A stretch of 64,000 bases of DNA from Desulfosudaceae bacterium (GCA_963674745.2 CAXXDV010000001.1:2630361-2694360), one strand, 5' to 3'; shown: positions 50,236 through 61,344, counted from the first letter of the stretch. Numbers and translations: made by a program. Notes: generated by a model not told the origin, from the letters alone.

Positions 50236-51537
50236 ATGATTTACAATATCGAATATGAAACAATGCCGCGGGAGGCACTGGCGTCCATTCAACTGCAGCG
50301 CCTGCGGTCGACACTGGAGCGGGTTTATGCCACGGTTCCTTTTTACAAGAAACAATTTGATAAGGCCGGCGTCAAACCAGCTGATGTAAAGTCACTGGAT
50401 GATCTGCAACGGATTCCCTTTACCATCAAACAGGATTTGCGGGATAATTATCCGTTCGGGTTGTTTACCGTGCCCATGGATAACGTGGTGCGGATTCATG
50501 CTTCTTCCGGCACGACCGGCAAACCCACGGTGGTGGGTTATACGGCCCGCGATATCGATACCTGGGCCGAACTGATGGCGCGATCGCTTGCCGCGGCCGG
50601 TGCCTGGCGTGGTGATATTGTTCATAATGCTTACGGGTACGGCCTGTTTACAGGCGGCCTTGGCGTCCATTACGGAGCGGAGAAACTGGGCGCTTCGGTT
50701 ATTCCCGTCTCCGGCGGTAATACCAATCGTCAGATTTTGATCATGAAGGATTTCGGGCCGACCATTCTGACCGCAACACCGTCTTACACCCTCCACCTGG
50801 CGGAGGTCGCCGAAGAAATGGGGGTCTCTTTTCATGATCTCAAATTCAGGGCCGGCATTTTCGGCGCTGAACCCTGGTCGGAGAACATGCGTCAGGAACT
50901 GGAAGCCAAGCTTCACTTAAGTGCCGTTGATATTTACGGGTTGAGCGAAGTCATGGGGCCGGGTGTGGCCATTGAGTGCCATGAAGCCAAAAACGGTCTG
51001 CATATTTTCGAAGACCACTTTATCGCCGAAGTGATCGATCCTGAAACCGGTGAACGAAAGCCCGAGGGTGAAAAGGGGGAACTGGTGTTTACCTCCCTGA
51101 CCAAAGAGGCCTTTCCGGTCATCCGCTACCGTACCCGGGACATCACCGCCCTTCATTCAGAGCTCTGTGTTTGCGGACGAACCCATGTCAGGATGGACCG
51201 CGTCAGCGGCAGAACAGATGACATGTTGATCATCCGGGGTGTGAATGTTTTCCCGTCACAGATCGAAAGCGTGTTGATGGAAATGGAAGGCGTGGAACCT
51301 CACTATCAACTGATCGTTGACAGAAAAGAAAATCTGGATGTGCTGACCGTAAACGTCGAGGTGGGTGAAAAGCTTTTCTCGGATGAGGTTAAGGGCCTTC
51401 AGAATATGGGAAACAAGATATCCAAAAACATAAAAGAGTTATTGGGCGTTTCAGCGGTGGTCAAACTGGTTGAACCGAAAACGATTGCCCGCAGTCAGGG
51501 AAAAGCGGTCAGAGTTATCGATAACCGTAAGATATGA
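50236..51537 (+). CDS. paaK: Phenylacetate-CoA ligase
   Basis: [52 protein letters not shown]. Confidence 0.95.
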   Translation: MIYNIEYETMPREALASIQLQRLRSTLERVYATVPFYKKQFDKAGVKPADVKSLDDLQRIPFTIKQDLRDNYPFGLFTVPMDNVVRIHASSGTTGKPTVVGYTARDIDTWAELMARSLAAAGAWRGDIVHNAYGYGLFTGGLGVHYGAEKLGASVIPVSGGNTNRQILIMKDFGPTILTATPSYTLHLAEVAEEMGVSFHDLKFRAGIFGAEPWSENMRQELEAKLHLSAVDIYGLSEVMGPGVAIECHEAKNGLHIFEDHFIAEVIDPETGERKPEGEKGELVFTSLTKEAFPVIRYRTRDITALHSELCVCGRTHVRMDRVSGRTDDMLIIRGVNVFPSQIESVLMEMEGVEPHYQLIVDRKENLDVLTVNVEVGEKLFSDEVKGLQNMGNKISKNIKELLGVSAVVKLVEPKTIARSQGKAVRVIDNRKI

Positions 51538-51550
51538 ACAAGGGGGGAAT

Positions 51551-51982
51551 ATGCGTGTTGAACAGATTTCCGTTTTTTTGGAAAACAGAACCGGTCGATT
51601 AGCCGAAGTGGCCTCTATTTTAAGCCAGGCGGGTATTAATATCCGCGCGCTGACGGTGGCTGACACGTCTGATTTCGGGTTGCTGCGTATGATTGTCAAT
51701 GATACGGAAAAGGCCCGGCGCGTACTAAAGGAAAACGGACTCACCATCGGCAAACATAATGTTGTCGCGGTGGAAGTGGCGGATCAGCCCGGTGGCCTTT
51801 ATCATATCCTTGATTTATTGAGCCGGGCGGGGGTCAATGTCGAATACATGTATGCCTTTGTCCGCAACAGCGGGGATAACGCTATTATGATTTTCCGTTT
51901 TGATAATACGGACAAGGCTATTCAAACCTTGACAGACAATAATATTAAAATGATTAATGGCAAGACGGTATACGCTCTTTAG
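51551..51982 (+). CDS. ACT domain protein (paaK-associated)
   Basis: [27 protein letters not shown]. Confidence 0.92.
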   Translation: MRVEQISVFLENRTGRLAEVASILSQAGINIRALTVADTSDFGLLRMIVNDTEKARRVLKENGLTIGKHNVVAVEVADQPGGLYHILDLLSRAGVNVEYMYAFVRNSGDNAIMIFRFDNTDKAIQTLTDNNIKMINGKTVYAL

Positions 51983-52173
51983 TCCGTCTGTAAGCATTTT
52001 TTTTATTTGATAATAGGTGCTTTTTTTGCTATTATGGTTATTTAGGATTAGGGGGCGGCGTTGTATACAGGTGAAACCCCTGTTTCCGTTTTTAGTATCT
52101 TAAGTTGTTGACGAGAATGTTTTTTTGATAGATAATAAATCATATTGATAAGTCAGATGATGAGGAAATCGCC

Positions 52174-52494
52174 ATGTCAGAACTGACACTGAAGTTTAAG
52201 GACAACATTATCAGTCAGATTTCGCTGAAAGATAAAAAGACGTTCCATATCGGGCGGCGAAAAACAAACGATCTTGTTATTGAGAATCTGGCTGTATCCG
52301 GGAGCCATGCCAGAATAGAACAGATGGATAACGGATATGTCCTGTCCGATCTTCAGAGTAAAAACGGCACTTACGTTAACAGAAAACCGATTACAACCTG
52401 CCTGTTGAAAAACGGAGACATCATTCAGGTCGGTATGCATACCCTTGTATTTTCTGATAAGAAGGGTGCCAAAGCAGAAAAGAAAAAGGGTTGA
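52174..52494 (+). CDS. Stand-alone FHA domain protein
   Basis: IGR...ND...VSGSHA...DLQSKNGTYVN. Confidence 0.9.
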   Translation: MSELTLKFKDNIISQISLKDKKTFHIGRRKTNDLVIENLAVSGSHARIEQMDNGYVLSDLQSKNGTYVNRKPITTCLLKNGDIIQVGMHTLVFSDKKGAKAEKKKG

Positions 52495-52585
52495 TCCGGC
52501 GGTTGCCTGATCAAGTAGATGACCGTCTCTGTTAAGGCACGACAACGGTAGCCTTAATGGCCGTTAATTGAATATGTTTTACGAA

Positions 52586-53134
52586 TCAGTTGGATTTCAG
52601 TTTCTGCATCAGGTTGCTGTTTATTCTTTTTAATTCCATTCGCTCTTTTTCCAGCGCTTTTATCCGCACCATATATTCTTTTATTTTTTCTTTCAGCTCG
52701 TTTTGAAGCGAGCTTTCTTTTTTGGCAAACTCTTTATTCAGCCTTATCTTTAATAATTCGATTTTTTTCAGTTTGGCAGCCGCCTGCTTTTTGGCATTGG
52801 TCAGCACGGTTTCGGCTTCCATTATTTTTGCCTGGGATTTGGAACCATTTTTGATTCGAAAATAAATTCTCAGCCAGATAAAAGAGGCCATCATAAGAAT
52901 CAGCACAACCAGAATCCCCAGCGCCAGTTGCCGGGAAGAAGCGAGGATCGGTATGACCGTGTCGAGGAACTGCAAAATCAGCTGTATCAGGTCTTCGACA
53001 ATCATGGCGATAGCTTCGGACACTTTGATGCCGGTAAAATCTTGGGCGTAATACGCCTGATAAATGAAATGGCCGATATGTGTTCCGATGATGCCGATAA
53101 AAAACCAGAATGCTTTGCTTTTGACTGCCCGCAT
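52586..53134 (-). CDS. Hypothetical membrane protein with C-terminal coiled coil
   Basis: GGGAG RBS, hydrophobic N-terminal segments, K/E-rich heptad tail. Confidence 0.65.
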   Translation of the reverse strand: MRAVKSKAFWFFIGIIGTHIGHFIYQAYYAQDFTGIKVSEAIAMIVEDLIQLILQFLDTVIPILASSRQLALGILVVLILMMASFIWLRIYFRIKNGSKSQAKIMEAETVLTNAKKQAAAKLKKIELLKIRLNKEFAKKESSLQNELKEKIKEYMVRIKALEKERMELKRINSNLMQKLKSN

Positions 53135-53301
53135 TGGCTTTCTCCCTATGCAATAGCTGTTAGATTGCTTCAGTTACTCGGGCAGCAACATGTCTCAGGT
53201 ACCGTTGATGCATAAAGGTCGGACAAAAAAATAAGCCCGTGAATATTTTTACCATTTTACCCGGGATGGTCTGTGAGTCAAGTGCTGCCCGGAATATTCC
53301 G

Positions 53302-54015
53302 TTATTTTTCCGCAATTGGGGCCCGGGTAATCAGTTCCGGGTAGTTGGTGAATACCCCGTCAACCCCCATTTGTTCCAGCTTTTTGATTTCTTCAGCACG
53401 ATTGGCGGTGAACACGAAAGCCGGACAGTGGTGGCTGTGTATTTTGTCGATTAAAGACGGCGTGGCGTGGGCCAGGTCACAGTGGATGGAATAGGGTGCC
53501 ATTTTTCCCTCCCATTCGGTGTGACGAAATCGGTTGGTCCTCAGGTTGGGGGCAACGGGCAACCGGGGGGAACGGGTTTTGGCCTGGCGGAGCTGTTTGT
53601 GATCGAAGGACGAAACCAGAAAATCCTCGTATCGCCAGCCATGGTTTTTTATATAATGGTCGATCAAATCACAGACCGGACCGGCCGTTTTGGGCCCTTT
53701 GAGCTCGATGTTGACTCTGATCTGCCCGGCGGTTACGTCCAGGACTTCGTAAAGCAAAGGGATCTTTTCTCCGTCGCCGGCATCCAGTTTCCGCAGGTAC
53801 TCAAGACGGTGGCGGGTTACATATCCCTTGCCGTTGGTGGTCCGTTCCAGGCGGCTGTCGTGAATCACCACCAGCTCGTTTTGCACGGTATATACATCCA
53901 TCTCGATCCAGTCCGCGCCGAGTTCCACCGCCTTTATGAATGCGGCCAGGGTGTTCTCCGGGGCATGCCCGCTGGCGCCGCGATGGGCAAAACAAATCAT
54001 ACGTTTATTCATCAT
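53302..54015 (-). CDS. Glycerophosphodiester phosphodiesterase
   Basis: AHRGASG..PENT, EMDV, IHD, NIELK, DGVFTNYP. Confidence 0.93.
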   Translation of the reverse strand: MMNKRMICFAHRGASGHAPENTLAAFIKAVELGADWIEMDVYTVQNELVVIHDSRLERTTNGKGYVTRHRLEYLRKLDAGDGEKIPLLYEVLDVTAGQIRVNIELKGPKTAGPVCDLIDHYIKNHGWRYEDFLVSSFDHKQLRQAKTRSPRLPVAPNLRTNRFRHTEWEGKMAPYSIHCDLAHATPSLIDKIHSHHCPAFVFTANRAEEIKKLEQMGVDGVFTNYPELITRAPIAEK

Positions 54016-54018
54016 TAA

Positions 54019-54633
54019 TCATCTATAGTTGCGGATGCTGGTCGAACTGGTCCGATACGCACTCCTGTGCTTGACATTTTCCCGGAACCAGATGGGCACA
54101 GCCGCGGCCAGCAGCAACGGCGCTTTCTGATCCGGCGTTACCAGCATCTGTTCCAGTTGTTCAAACAGCGGGTTGCCGGGGGCGGGGTCAGTAAATGGCG
54201 CGAGCCTGCCCTGGCCATGAACCCCCCTCAGCGTCTCATATATCATTTGCTCCGTGGCCGCGTAGTTCTTACCAATGCCGGCCCTTTCCGGTTCCCGGCC
54301 CGGATTCTGTTCTAAAAATACGGCCTCAATCGGCACGTCTTCGGTTCGCAGGGTGTCGATCAGGGGCAGATCCTTCTGCCCGGCAGCCATGACAACAGTC
54401 GGCCGGGCACTGACGTCTTTTTTGGGGCGTCTGTCCTGGCTGTAGATCCTTTTACGAATGGTATAGGTTTTGTCATTGTAATACGTAATGATCTGTTCCG
54501 GAAAGGTCTTGGCGGGGCCCTGATGTGCGGCTATAACCGTGTAGTAATGCCTGACGTTTTTCAGTTTTTTTTCCAGGATAACGAAAAAAGCGGTTGTCGA
54601 GGCCTGGTTCACGTGTGTTCCGATCAGAATCAT
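54019..54633 (-). CDS. Hypothetical protein
   Basis: Open frame in operon orientation; AAGGA RBS before MILIG; no recognised motif. Confidence 0.55.
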   Translation of the reverse strand: MILIGTHVNQASTTAFFVILEKKLKNVRHYYTVIAAHQGPAKTFPEQIITYYNDKTYTIRKRIYSQDRRPKKDVSARPTVVMAAGQKDLPLIDTLRTEDVPIEAVFLEQNPGREPERAGIGKNYAATEQMIYETLRGVHGQGRLAPFTDPAPGNPLFEQLEQMLVTPDQKAPLLLAAAVPIWFRENVKHRSAYRTSSTSIRNYR

Positions 54634-54714
54634 GCAGTCATCCTTGCTTGCCAGGGCGCTATATTTAAAAAAGTTAAAATTTAGATGGCAAAGTAAAACG
54701 TTCAAGGACTCATA

Positions 54715-55530
54715 TTATAAGTCATAAGTAAAAGCGGCGTAAACAGGGAAATGATCAGATGGATAAACACCGTCAAAAGGTTCTGTAATGATCTTTTTAT
54801 TCGTCAGGCGGGCGCCCCGGCGCCAGAGAATCCAGTCCACCCGGTCACTGACGGCGCGACCGGTGAACTTGTGAAAGGTGCCTGATAAATCGTCTCCAAA
54901 GACATCGGAAAACGGGGCATTGTCCTGTGTCAAAATCTGATAGCAGGGACTTCCCGGCCGGGCATTAAAGTCACCACATAAAAACTGGGGTGCCGGGCCA
55001 GGAGAAAAATCAGCCAGCCGGTCGAGAATGATACGGGCGCTTTCTTCCTGGACATGATCGTCAAAATCAAAATGGGTGTTGACACAGGTAATCCGGTGAT
55101 CGTTTTTTTTGAATATCCCCATTACACATTGCCTGGGCCAGCGGCTGTCCACCATCCGGCTGGGGATTGTCGGCGCATGGCTGAGAAAGAACCGGTCATG
55201 TTTTACGCACTGCCAGTTCCGGTGATAAAAGATGACGACGTTCTGCCAGAATTTCGGTGCCGGTATTCTTTCGCCGATGACCCCGTAATCCGGTAAAACC
55301 GTTTTGAAAAAGGCGGCCTGGAAATCATTGACCTCCTGCATGGCAATAAAGTCCGGTCGCCATTCGGTCAGCAGCGCGGCAAAGGCATCCTTTCTGTTCT
55401 CCCAGCTGTGGGTACCGGTATCGGCCAGGCCGAAACGGACATTGACCGTCATCAAAGAAAAATGCAGGCTTTCTGTATGGGCATGGGAGGTCATGTCAGA
55501 AGAAATAGCCGCTTGACTGTTTGTTGTCAA
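54715..55530 (-). CDS. Endonuclease/exonuclease/phosphatase family protein
   Basis: MTVNVR, MQEV, NTHFD, GDFN, VDWI, PSDHFPV. Confidence 0.9.
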   Translation of the reverse strand: MTTNSQAAISSDMTSHAHTESLHFSLMTVNVRFGLADTGTHSWENRKDAFAALLTEWRPDFIAMQEVNDFQAAFFKTVLPDYGVIGERIPAPKFWQNVVIFYHRNWQCVKHDRFFLSHAPTIPSRMVDSRWPRQCVMGIFKKNDHRITCVNTHFDFDDHVQEESARIILDRLADFSPGPAPQFLCGDFNARPGSPCYQILTQDNAPFSDVFGDDLSGTFHKFTGRAVSDRVDWILWRRGARLTNKKIITEPFDGVYPSDHFPVYAAFTYDL

Positions 55531-55567
55531 GCATCATGAATGGCGCTTTTGGTTCAGGTGAAAGCGC

Positions 55568-55608
55568 AAAAAAAGGAGAGGGCCGGTTTGCTGCCCCCTC
55601 CTTTTTTT
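55568..55608. terminator. Intrinsic (bidirectional-type) terminator
   Basis: A-tract, GGAG(A)GGGC...GCCC(C)CTCC stem, T-tract, downstream of the oxidoreductase gene. Confidence 0.7.
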
Positions 55609-55618
55609 AATGGCCTGG

Positions 55619-58087
55619 TTATTCGACCCACTTGACTAAAGGGAATTCCCTGTCCACGGGCCGGTCTGTTTTAACCGCCGGGTAGCCCAGGGTAAGGACG
55701 GTGGCAACACTGTCATACGGCCATTCGATACCCAGCTTCTTCCTGAATTTCATCTTGGTTTTGGGGTCCAGGTTAAGCGCGTTGGACACAAAACCGACAT
55801 AACAGGTGCCCAGGCCCAGGGAATGGGCCGCCAGCACCATGTTCTGGGCGCAGATGCCCATACCCAGTTCCGGCTCTGAAATGTGCAGGTGGTGGGTTAA
55901 AAAGAGAATGGCCACCGGCGCGTGGAAAAACACATCCAGCTGTTCATCACCGAATTTGGGTGTGAGGAGGGCCTGAATCGCTACCATGGGGCGCTGATCA
56001 ATGGAGTTGGGCTTGATAAAGGCCAGCGCCTTTTTGGCAAAGGTGCGCATGGGGCCTTTTCCCTGGTAGAGCTTTGTGAATATTCCCAGAAATTTTCTGG
56101 TGTGTTCGGAAAGATCGTTCATCATCTCCCGGTTGGTCAATACCACGAATTTCCAGCCCTGGCAGTTACCTGCTGACGGCGCGAACCGGCCGGCTTCCAG
56201 CACCCGGTTAACAAGTTCTCTGGGCACGGGATCGGGTTTGTATACCCGGACGGACCGACGGGTATAGACGGTTTTTTCCACACCCGTGAGTTCAGGCTCG
56301 ATCTCTTCTAAGGGCACCGGCTTTTCAAGCTGAAGCGGGTTGGGCATGCCCAGGCCTTTTTCCGCGGGATAGTTAAAGCTGTATGCCCACCGCCCTTCGA
56401 CAACTTTGTAAAAAGACGGGAACTGGAGCGCGTCCTGGGGACAGATGGCTTCGCAGGCGTGACAGGCAATGCAGATTTTGCCGAAATACTGGATGCCGAC
56501 AAATTCGGGCTTTTCCGTGCCGCAGCACAGGCAGCGGCCGAATTCGGCTTTGGCCGCCTCAGGTGTCAGGCCCCGACAGACCTCGGCGGCGGGGTCGGCC
56601 AACCGTGTTTTGACATCCAGAATCGCGGCGTTGTTTCTCGGGATTTTGGGCTTGCCATGCAGGGGGTTGCCTTCGTAAGATACCGTAATTTTTTCTTCAG
56701 CCGGCAGGGGCCGGCCGGTCAGAAAGGCGTCAATGGCCAGGGCGCCTTTTCTGCCGGCGCCGATGGCCTGTGAGACCGTAGCCGGCCCGTAAACCGCATC
56801 GCCTCCGGCAAAAACGCCCTTTACGGAAGTGGTGCCGTTGGCATCGGCCCCGAGCCATCCTTTTGCTTCCTTGAGCGGTTCAATGCCTTCCGTGTCGAGC
56901 TCCTGACCGATGGCGACGATCAGGGTGTCCAGGTCAATTGAGAATTCACTGTCGCTTATCGGGACCGGGCGGGGACGGCCTGAATCATCGGCTTCGCCCA
57001 GTTTCATTTTTACGCAGGTGACGGCCGAAGCCTTGTTGGCACCGTCCACGTCAATTTTTACGGGTGCGCACAGGTATTCGATTTTTACGCCTTCGTCTTC
57101 GGCGTCTTTTACTTCTTCGGGGTAGGCCGGCATTTCACTTGCCGTGCGGCGGTAAATAATGGTGACCTCGGCCCCCAGTCGCCGGGCTACGCGTGCCGCG
57201 TCCACGGCGGTATTGCCGCCACCCACGACGACGACCTTCTTGCCCGGGGAAACATCTTTCTCCTCCATCACATCTTTGAGGAAATCAAGGCCGGTCATTA
57301 CGTTCTCAGCTGTTTCCCCTTCGATTCCCAGTTTGGGGGATCCCTGGGCGCCGGCTGCCACATAGACCGCGCTATAATCCTGTTGGAGCTGGTCCAGGCC
57401 GATGTCCCGGCCGATTCTGGTGCCGTATTTTACGGTCACACCCAGGTCGGTGATCCGCTTCATCTCAGCGTCAATCACGTCCTGGGGCAGCCGGTAGAGG
57501 GGAAGGGCATATGTCAGCATCCCGCCGGGGTTGTCCGCGGCCTCGAATACCGTCACCTGATAACCCATTTTCGCCAGTTGATAGGCGCAGGACATGCCGG
57601 CCGGGCCTCCGCCCACAACGGCCACGGTCTCTGATTTTTTCTGTTCCGGCATTGGGAAAGACAGTTTGTGCTCGATGCCGTAGTCTCCGATAAAACGTTC
57701 CACGGAATTGATGTTCAGGGATTCGTCCAGGTTGCTTCTGTTGCAGGCAGACTCGCACGGGTGAGGGCAGACCCGGCCGGTGACGGCCGGAAAGGGGTTG
57801 TGCTCCACGATGCATTTCCAGGCGTCTTCCATGGCGCCGCCTTTATTGAGGATTTCCAGGTAACCGCGGATATCTACGCCGGCCGGGCATCCATGCTGGC
57901 AGGCGGCTTCCTGTCGGGGTGAAGGCGTCTGGCGCGGTACCATCTCGATGGTCTGGCAGGGGCACTGCATGACACACGCCCCGCATCCGATGCATTTGTC
58001 TTCGTCCACGGTAATGGAAAACGGGCTGGAGACTACCGGTGGATCGTTAAGATACTTGTATTTACTGGTTTTGATTGTATCGCTCAT
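55619..58087 (-). CDS. Fused 4Fe-4S / GltD-like FAD-NAD(P) oxidoreductase / nitroreductase
   Basis: CIGCGACVMQCP; CQHGCP...GRVCPHPCE; GGGPAG; GGGNTAVD; FAGGD; CIACHACEAICP; RRSVR...APSAGN...SLGLGTCY. Confidence 0.9.
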   Translation of the reverse strand: MSDTIKTSKYKYLNDPPVVSSPFSITVDEDKCIGCGACVMQCPCQTIEMVPRQTPSPRQEAACQHGCPAGVDIRGYLEILNKGGAMEDAWKCIVEHNPFPAVTGRVCPHPCESACNRSNLDESLNINSVERFIGDYGIEHKLSFPMPEQKKSETVAVVGGGPAGMSCAYQLAKMGYQVTVFEAADNPGGMLTYALPLYRLPQDVIDAEMKRITDLGVTVKYGTRIGRDIGLDQLQQDYSAVYVAAGAQGSPKLGIEGETAENVMTGLDFLKDVMEEKDVSPGKKVVVVGGGNTAVDAARVARRLGAEVTIIYRRTASEMPAYPEEVKDAEDEGVKIEYLCAPVKIDVDGANKASAVTCVKMKLGEADDSGRPRPVPISDSEFSIDLDTLIVAIGQELDTEGIEPLKEAKGWLGADANGTTSVKGVFAGGDAVYGPATVSQAIGAGRKGALAIDAFLTGRPLPAEEKITVSYEGNPLHGKPKIPRNNAAILDVKTRLADPAAEVCRGLTPEAAKAEFGRCLCCGTEKPEFVGIQYFGKICIACHACEAICPQDALQFPSFYKVVEGRWAYSFNYPAEKGLGMPNPLQLEKPVPLEEIEPELTGVEKTVYTRRSVRVYKPDPVPRELVNRVLEAGRFAPSAGNCQGWKFVVLTNREMMNDLSEHTRKFLGIFTKLYQGKGPMRTFAKKALAFIKPNSIDQRPMVAIQALLTPKFGDEQLDVFFHAPVAILFLTHHLHISEPELGMGICAQNMVLAAHSLGLGTCYVGFVSNALNLDPKTKMKFRKKLGIEWPYDSVATVLTLGYPAVKTDRPVDREFPLVKWVE

Positions 58088-58618
58088 ACCTTTCCCCCTT
58101 TTAGCCATGAGTTGCTTTTCGGCTGTTAAACGCACCCGGATTAAAAACATTTTATCAATAGCAGAGCCGATTCGGCCTGTCAACAATTTAATATCATGAT
58201 TTTGAAGTCATCAAAATTCATTTTCAGAAGGGGTATTCGGACTGATGAATTTGTGCGAAAACAAAAATCTTTTTCATGCTGCATTCTTCGGAATTTCAAT
58301 CACTAACAAGACTAATATATCCGCTTGAATTTGCAAACCTTAATTTTTCACTTTTTACTTTTCCAGGGGCATGAAAGGCCCCTCCAGGAAGGTTTTTAAA
58401 CAGTTATTTCGTATTAATAATGATATGGTCAGGGCGATGGTTGGTGTATAGTGGCGCTGGCGATTTTTTGCAGTATCTTAAAGTGTTTCGGGGTACCGCC
58501 ATTGCTGCGTCGGTAATAAATTTAACCATCCTGGAGGAAAAGCAGGCGGTGAGTTTGATGATTTTAATTTGACTGTTGCAGATCCTGTGTTATTATATAG
58601 ATACATTTATTGTTCTTT

Positions 58619-58971
58619 GGGGGCGAAACGGCTTCGACGGGGATAAAAGATGCCCGGGTTGCATGCCGAGTTCCGTCAGCTCGTAAAAGGGCGGATCTAA
58701 ACATAATCGCTGACGATTATAATTACGCTGTAGCCGCTTAAGGCGGCTTCCGTCCTGCAGATTCTTTCCTGTGGATTCTGTTAGGGCGTCGACTAAGCAG
58801 GATAGCGACCCCTCCATGTCTGTAAAGGGAGAGCGAATACCTACAGAATATCTGTGTGAATCGTTTGCCTGAACCGTATTCACGACAGAGACATCTAAAG
58901 TTCAGGATAAGCATGTAGACGCTCGTGTTGAATGTTTCCGGACGCGGGTTCAACTCCCGCCGCCTCCACCA
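58619..58971 (+). ncRNA. ssrA: tmRNA
   Basis: GGGGGCGAAACGGCTTCGAC 5' end; tag ORF 58709-58741 ADDYNYAVAA*; T-arm GCGGGTTCAACTCCCGC and CCTCCACCA 3' end; TTGACT/TATTAT promoter upstream. Confidence 0.97.
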
Positions 58972-60147
58972 TTATTTGTTTTTATTTTCAACAACTTGCA
59001 GTTCACCGCCGTCTTGGTCTGACACAATCCTGTCAGAATTCCATGCCTTTTCCAGTCGGGAACCATCATCCGCTGCTGGGGTGTGCCGGTAATAATGGTC
59101 CACAATCATCCGCGTTGTCGTATGTCCCACCTGCTTTTGAACGAAACTCATCCGCTCGTTATTATCCAGTGCGTTTGTGATGAATGACGCACGGGTATCT
59201 TTGATACTGATGTGCGTCGATAATCCGCTTTTTTTAAGCGCAGGTATAATGACAATATGATTTAACGTGTGTCGATGAATAGGACGGCCGGCTTGGTTCA
59301 TGAAAACCAGATTTTCCCCATTCCCCTGCCATGTCCGCTTACGTTGCTCCCGTAACGCCTCAATCACCATTCCAGGCACTTTGACTTCCCTGATTGAACT
59401 GTCTGTCTTCGGTGTCTTATGGATGAGTTTCCCACCCTCACCATGAAGCAAATTCTCCCGAATTTTTATCGTAGCATTCGCCAAATCGATATTTTTCCAT
59501 TTTAAAGCTGATGCTTCAGCAATCCTTACCCCTGTGAAGAATAATAGAATAAATAATGGTCTCCATTGCTGGTCTAACGCATCAATAAATTGTTTGATTT
59601 CAGCCAAAGAAAGCACTCGATTGGCTTTGCTTTTGGTCCTTTTAATAGGGTCAACATCCGCAAAAGGATTGGACTGGATGATTTGATGCTTCTTGGCGAA
59701 CTTCATTACAAGCCGAAAAGGCGTCAGAATATTCTGCTTTGTTTTGCTCCCGCATTTAAGCTCGCTGATGAAGCTCTCGATGCTGAGACTGTTAATGGCG
59801 TCTATTGGCATATTCCCGAAACGCGGTAAAATATGACTGTTCATCACTTTCCGGTAGTTAAATAATGTTGTTTCCGAGAGTTGGGGCTCTATGATTTTTT
59901 TCCATTTCTGGGCTATCTCCCCAAATCGCACAGACGGCGATACTTCAACTGGTTCCATCTTGGGAAGATGTCCGTGAATATCAATCTGTTTCAGATACTC
60001 ATCGCGTTTTTGTCTCGCTTCTACAACTGACTTCGTATCCAGGGAAAATCTGTACGGCTCATCAATACCCCGAACTTTTTTTCGGAAATACCAAACCCCG
60101 CTGCTCTTATCCTGATACAAATAGCGATTTAATTTGTTTCTTGCCAT
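58972..60147 (-). CDS. int: Tyrosine recombinase (phage/ICE integrase)
   Basis: TGVRIAE, PKT, KDTRASF, QVGH...HY catalytic residues; GGAGG RBS before MARNK. Confidence 0.93.
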   Translation of the reverse strand: MARNKLNRYLYQDKSSGVWYFRKKVRGIDEPYRFSLDTKSVVEARQKRDEYLKQIDIHGHLPKMEPVEVSPSVRFGEIAQKWKKIIEPQLSETTLFNYRKVMNSHILPRFGNMPIDAINSLSIESFISELKCGSKTKQNILTPFRLVMKFAKKHQIIQSNPFADVDPIKRTKSKANRVLSLAEIKQFIDALDQQWRPLFILLFFTGVRIAEASALKWKNIDLANATIKIRENLLHGEGGKLIHKTPKTDSSIREVKVPGMVIEALREQRKRTWQGNGENLVFMNQAGRPIHRHTLNHIVIIPALKKSGLSTHISIKDTRASFITNALDNNERMSFVQKQVGHTTTRMIVDHYYRHTPAADDGSRLEKAWNSDRIVSDQDGGELQVVENKNK

Positions 60148-60149
60148 GT

Positions 60150-60434
60150 TCATATCCTCCATTCTTTCTTCTCAGTAGCGGATAAACATGGCTTTTCTCT
60201 TTTGATTTTAACCCTTGGTTTATCACCCCCCTTGTTTAAAACGGTATTTTTGTCCCGAAACGCTCTTATTTCTTCACTGAAATATAATACTTTCCCGGAT
60301 CCAGGAGCCTGCCAATACGAAAACAGACCTTTCTTTCTCCAGTTGATTATAGTCCCTTCTTTTACACGAAAATAATCTGCGACCTCTTTCTGGGTCAACA
60401 TTTCTTTTTGATCTAACAAACTTCCTTTTTCCAT
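60150..60434 (-). CDS. Excisionase-like HTH protein (HTH_17)
   Basis: LTQKEVADYFRVKEGTIINWRKKG; directly upstream of int. Confidence 0.85.
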   Translation of the reverse strand: MEKGSLLDQKEMLTQKEVADYFRVKEGTIINWRKKGLFSYWQAPGSGKVLYFSEEIRAFRDKNTVLNKGGDKPRVKIKREKPCLSATEKKEWRI

Positions 60435-60643
60435 GAGTTTATACCTCCCCCGGATTCAGCGTATTAGCCGAACCCTGCCGGGAGATTTCGGAGGGTAACA
60501 TAATGGGGTGGTGCGTTATTTTAGCACCAAAAGATATTCTTGAAGGGAAGGTCTGCGTGGAGCCTTATCCATCAAGGGGTAACATAATTGATTGTTCCGA
60601 ATCCCCTTGTTTATTGGTTAAAAACGATTATTGCTTGTCGTGG

Positions 60644-61234
60644 TCATCCCCCCTTTCTTTTTTTCTCCTGAAATTTTGCCTGCCTGACTGCGTTGTTGCA
60701 TCGCTTTGAACAGTAGCGCTTTTCCTTTGCGGTAGACTGAAAGAAAAAGCCCTGGCATTTTTCACAGCGCTTTATATGGGTAAACAGTTCCATGTCGTTG
60801 CTGATAGCTTCCATGAACCGGAGGGTCAGCTTGTGCTTTTCAATATTAATGTCCAGTTTCCCGGGTTTTTGCTGCGGCACGTCAAAATGGGTTTTTATCT
60901 GGTTCCTTTTCTGGGTAATGCGGTAAACGAACGGCTGCTCTACATAATATACTGGCTCTATGGAAACGGCTCTTTCCAGAAGACTCCTAGTATGGCTGAC
61001 CAATTCCCTGAAAAACTCCCGGCGGTCTTCAATGGTCTTTGAAGGTGCCTTTGCGTCCAGTCCGTTGGTATATTCCTGACACTGTGCCGTGAAGTTTAAA
61101 AACTGTGACCCCTCGGCGTCGTTGAAGGTGATATGCGCAAGACGATAGGCCACCCGCTCCATCTGTTCTATGGAAAGGTCAGCAGTATCGGTATTGGCAA
61201 ATTTTATTAAATCACGAAACTCTTCTTTTCCCAT
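60644..61234 (-). CDS. CGNR-like zinc-finger protein
   Basis: C-terminal RCEKCQGFF...RYCSKRCNNAVRQ. Confidence 0.7.
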   Translation of the reverse strand: MGKEEFRDLIKFANTDTADLSIEQMERVAYRLAHITFNDAEGSQFLNFTAQCQEYTNGLDAKAPSKTIEDRREFFRELVSHTRSLLERAVSIEPVYYVEQPFVYRITQKRNQIKTHFDVPQQKPGKLDINIEKHKLTLRFMEAISNDMELFTHIKRCEKCQGFFFQSTAKEKRYCSKRCNNAVRQAKFQEKKRKGG

Positions 61235-61344
61235 TTCCCGGTCTCTTCAAAAAGGGTTGATATATCAGCTTCATTCTGTATATTAGAATATAACACAACA
61301 TATGATGGAGTCAATTCTTTTTTTGTATTATTTCAAAAAAATAG

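Noticed and set aside
58593..58953. ORFs at 58593-58883 and 58738-58953
   Set aside because: They are antisense to tmRNA.
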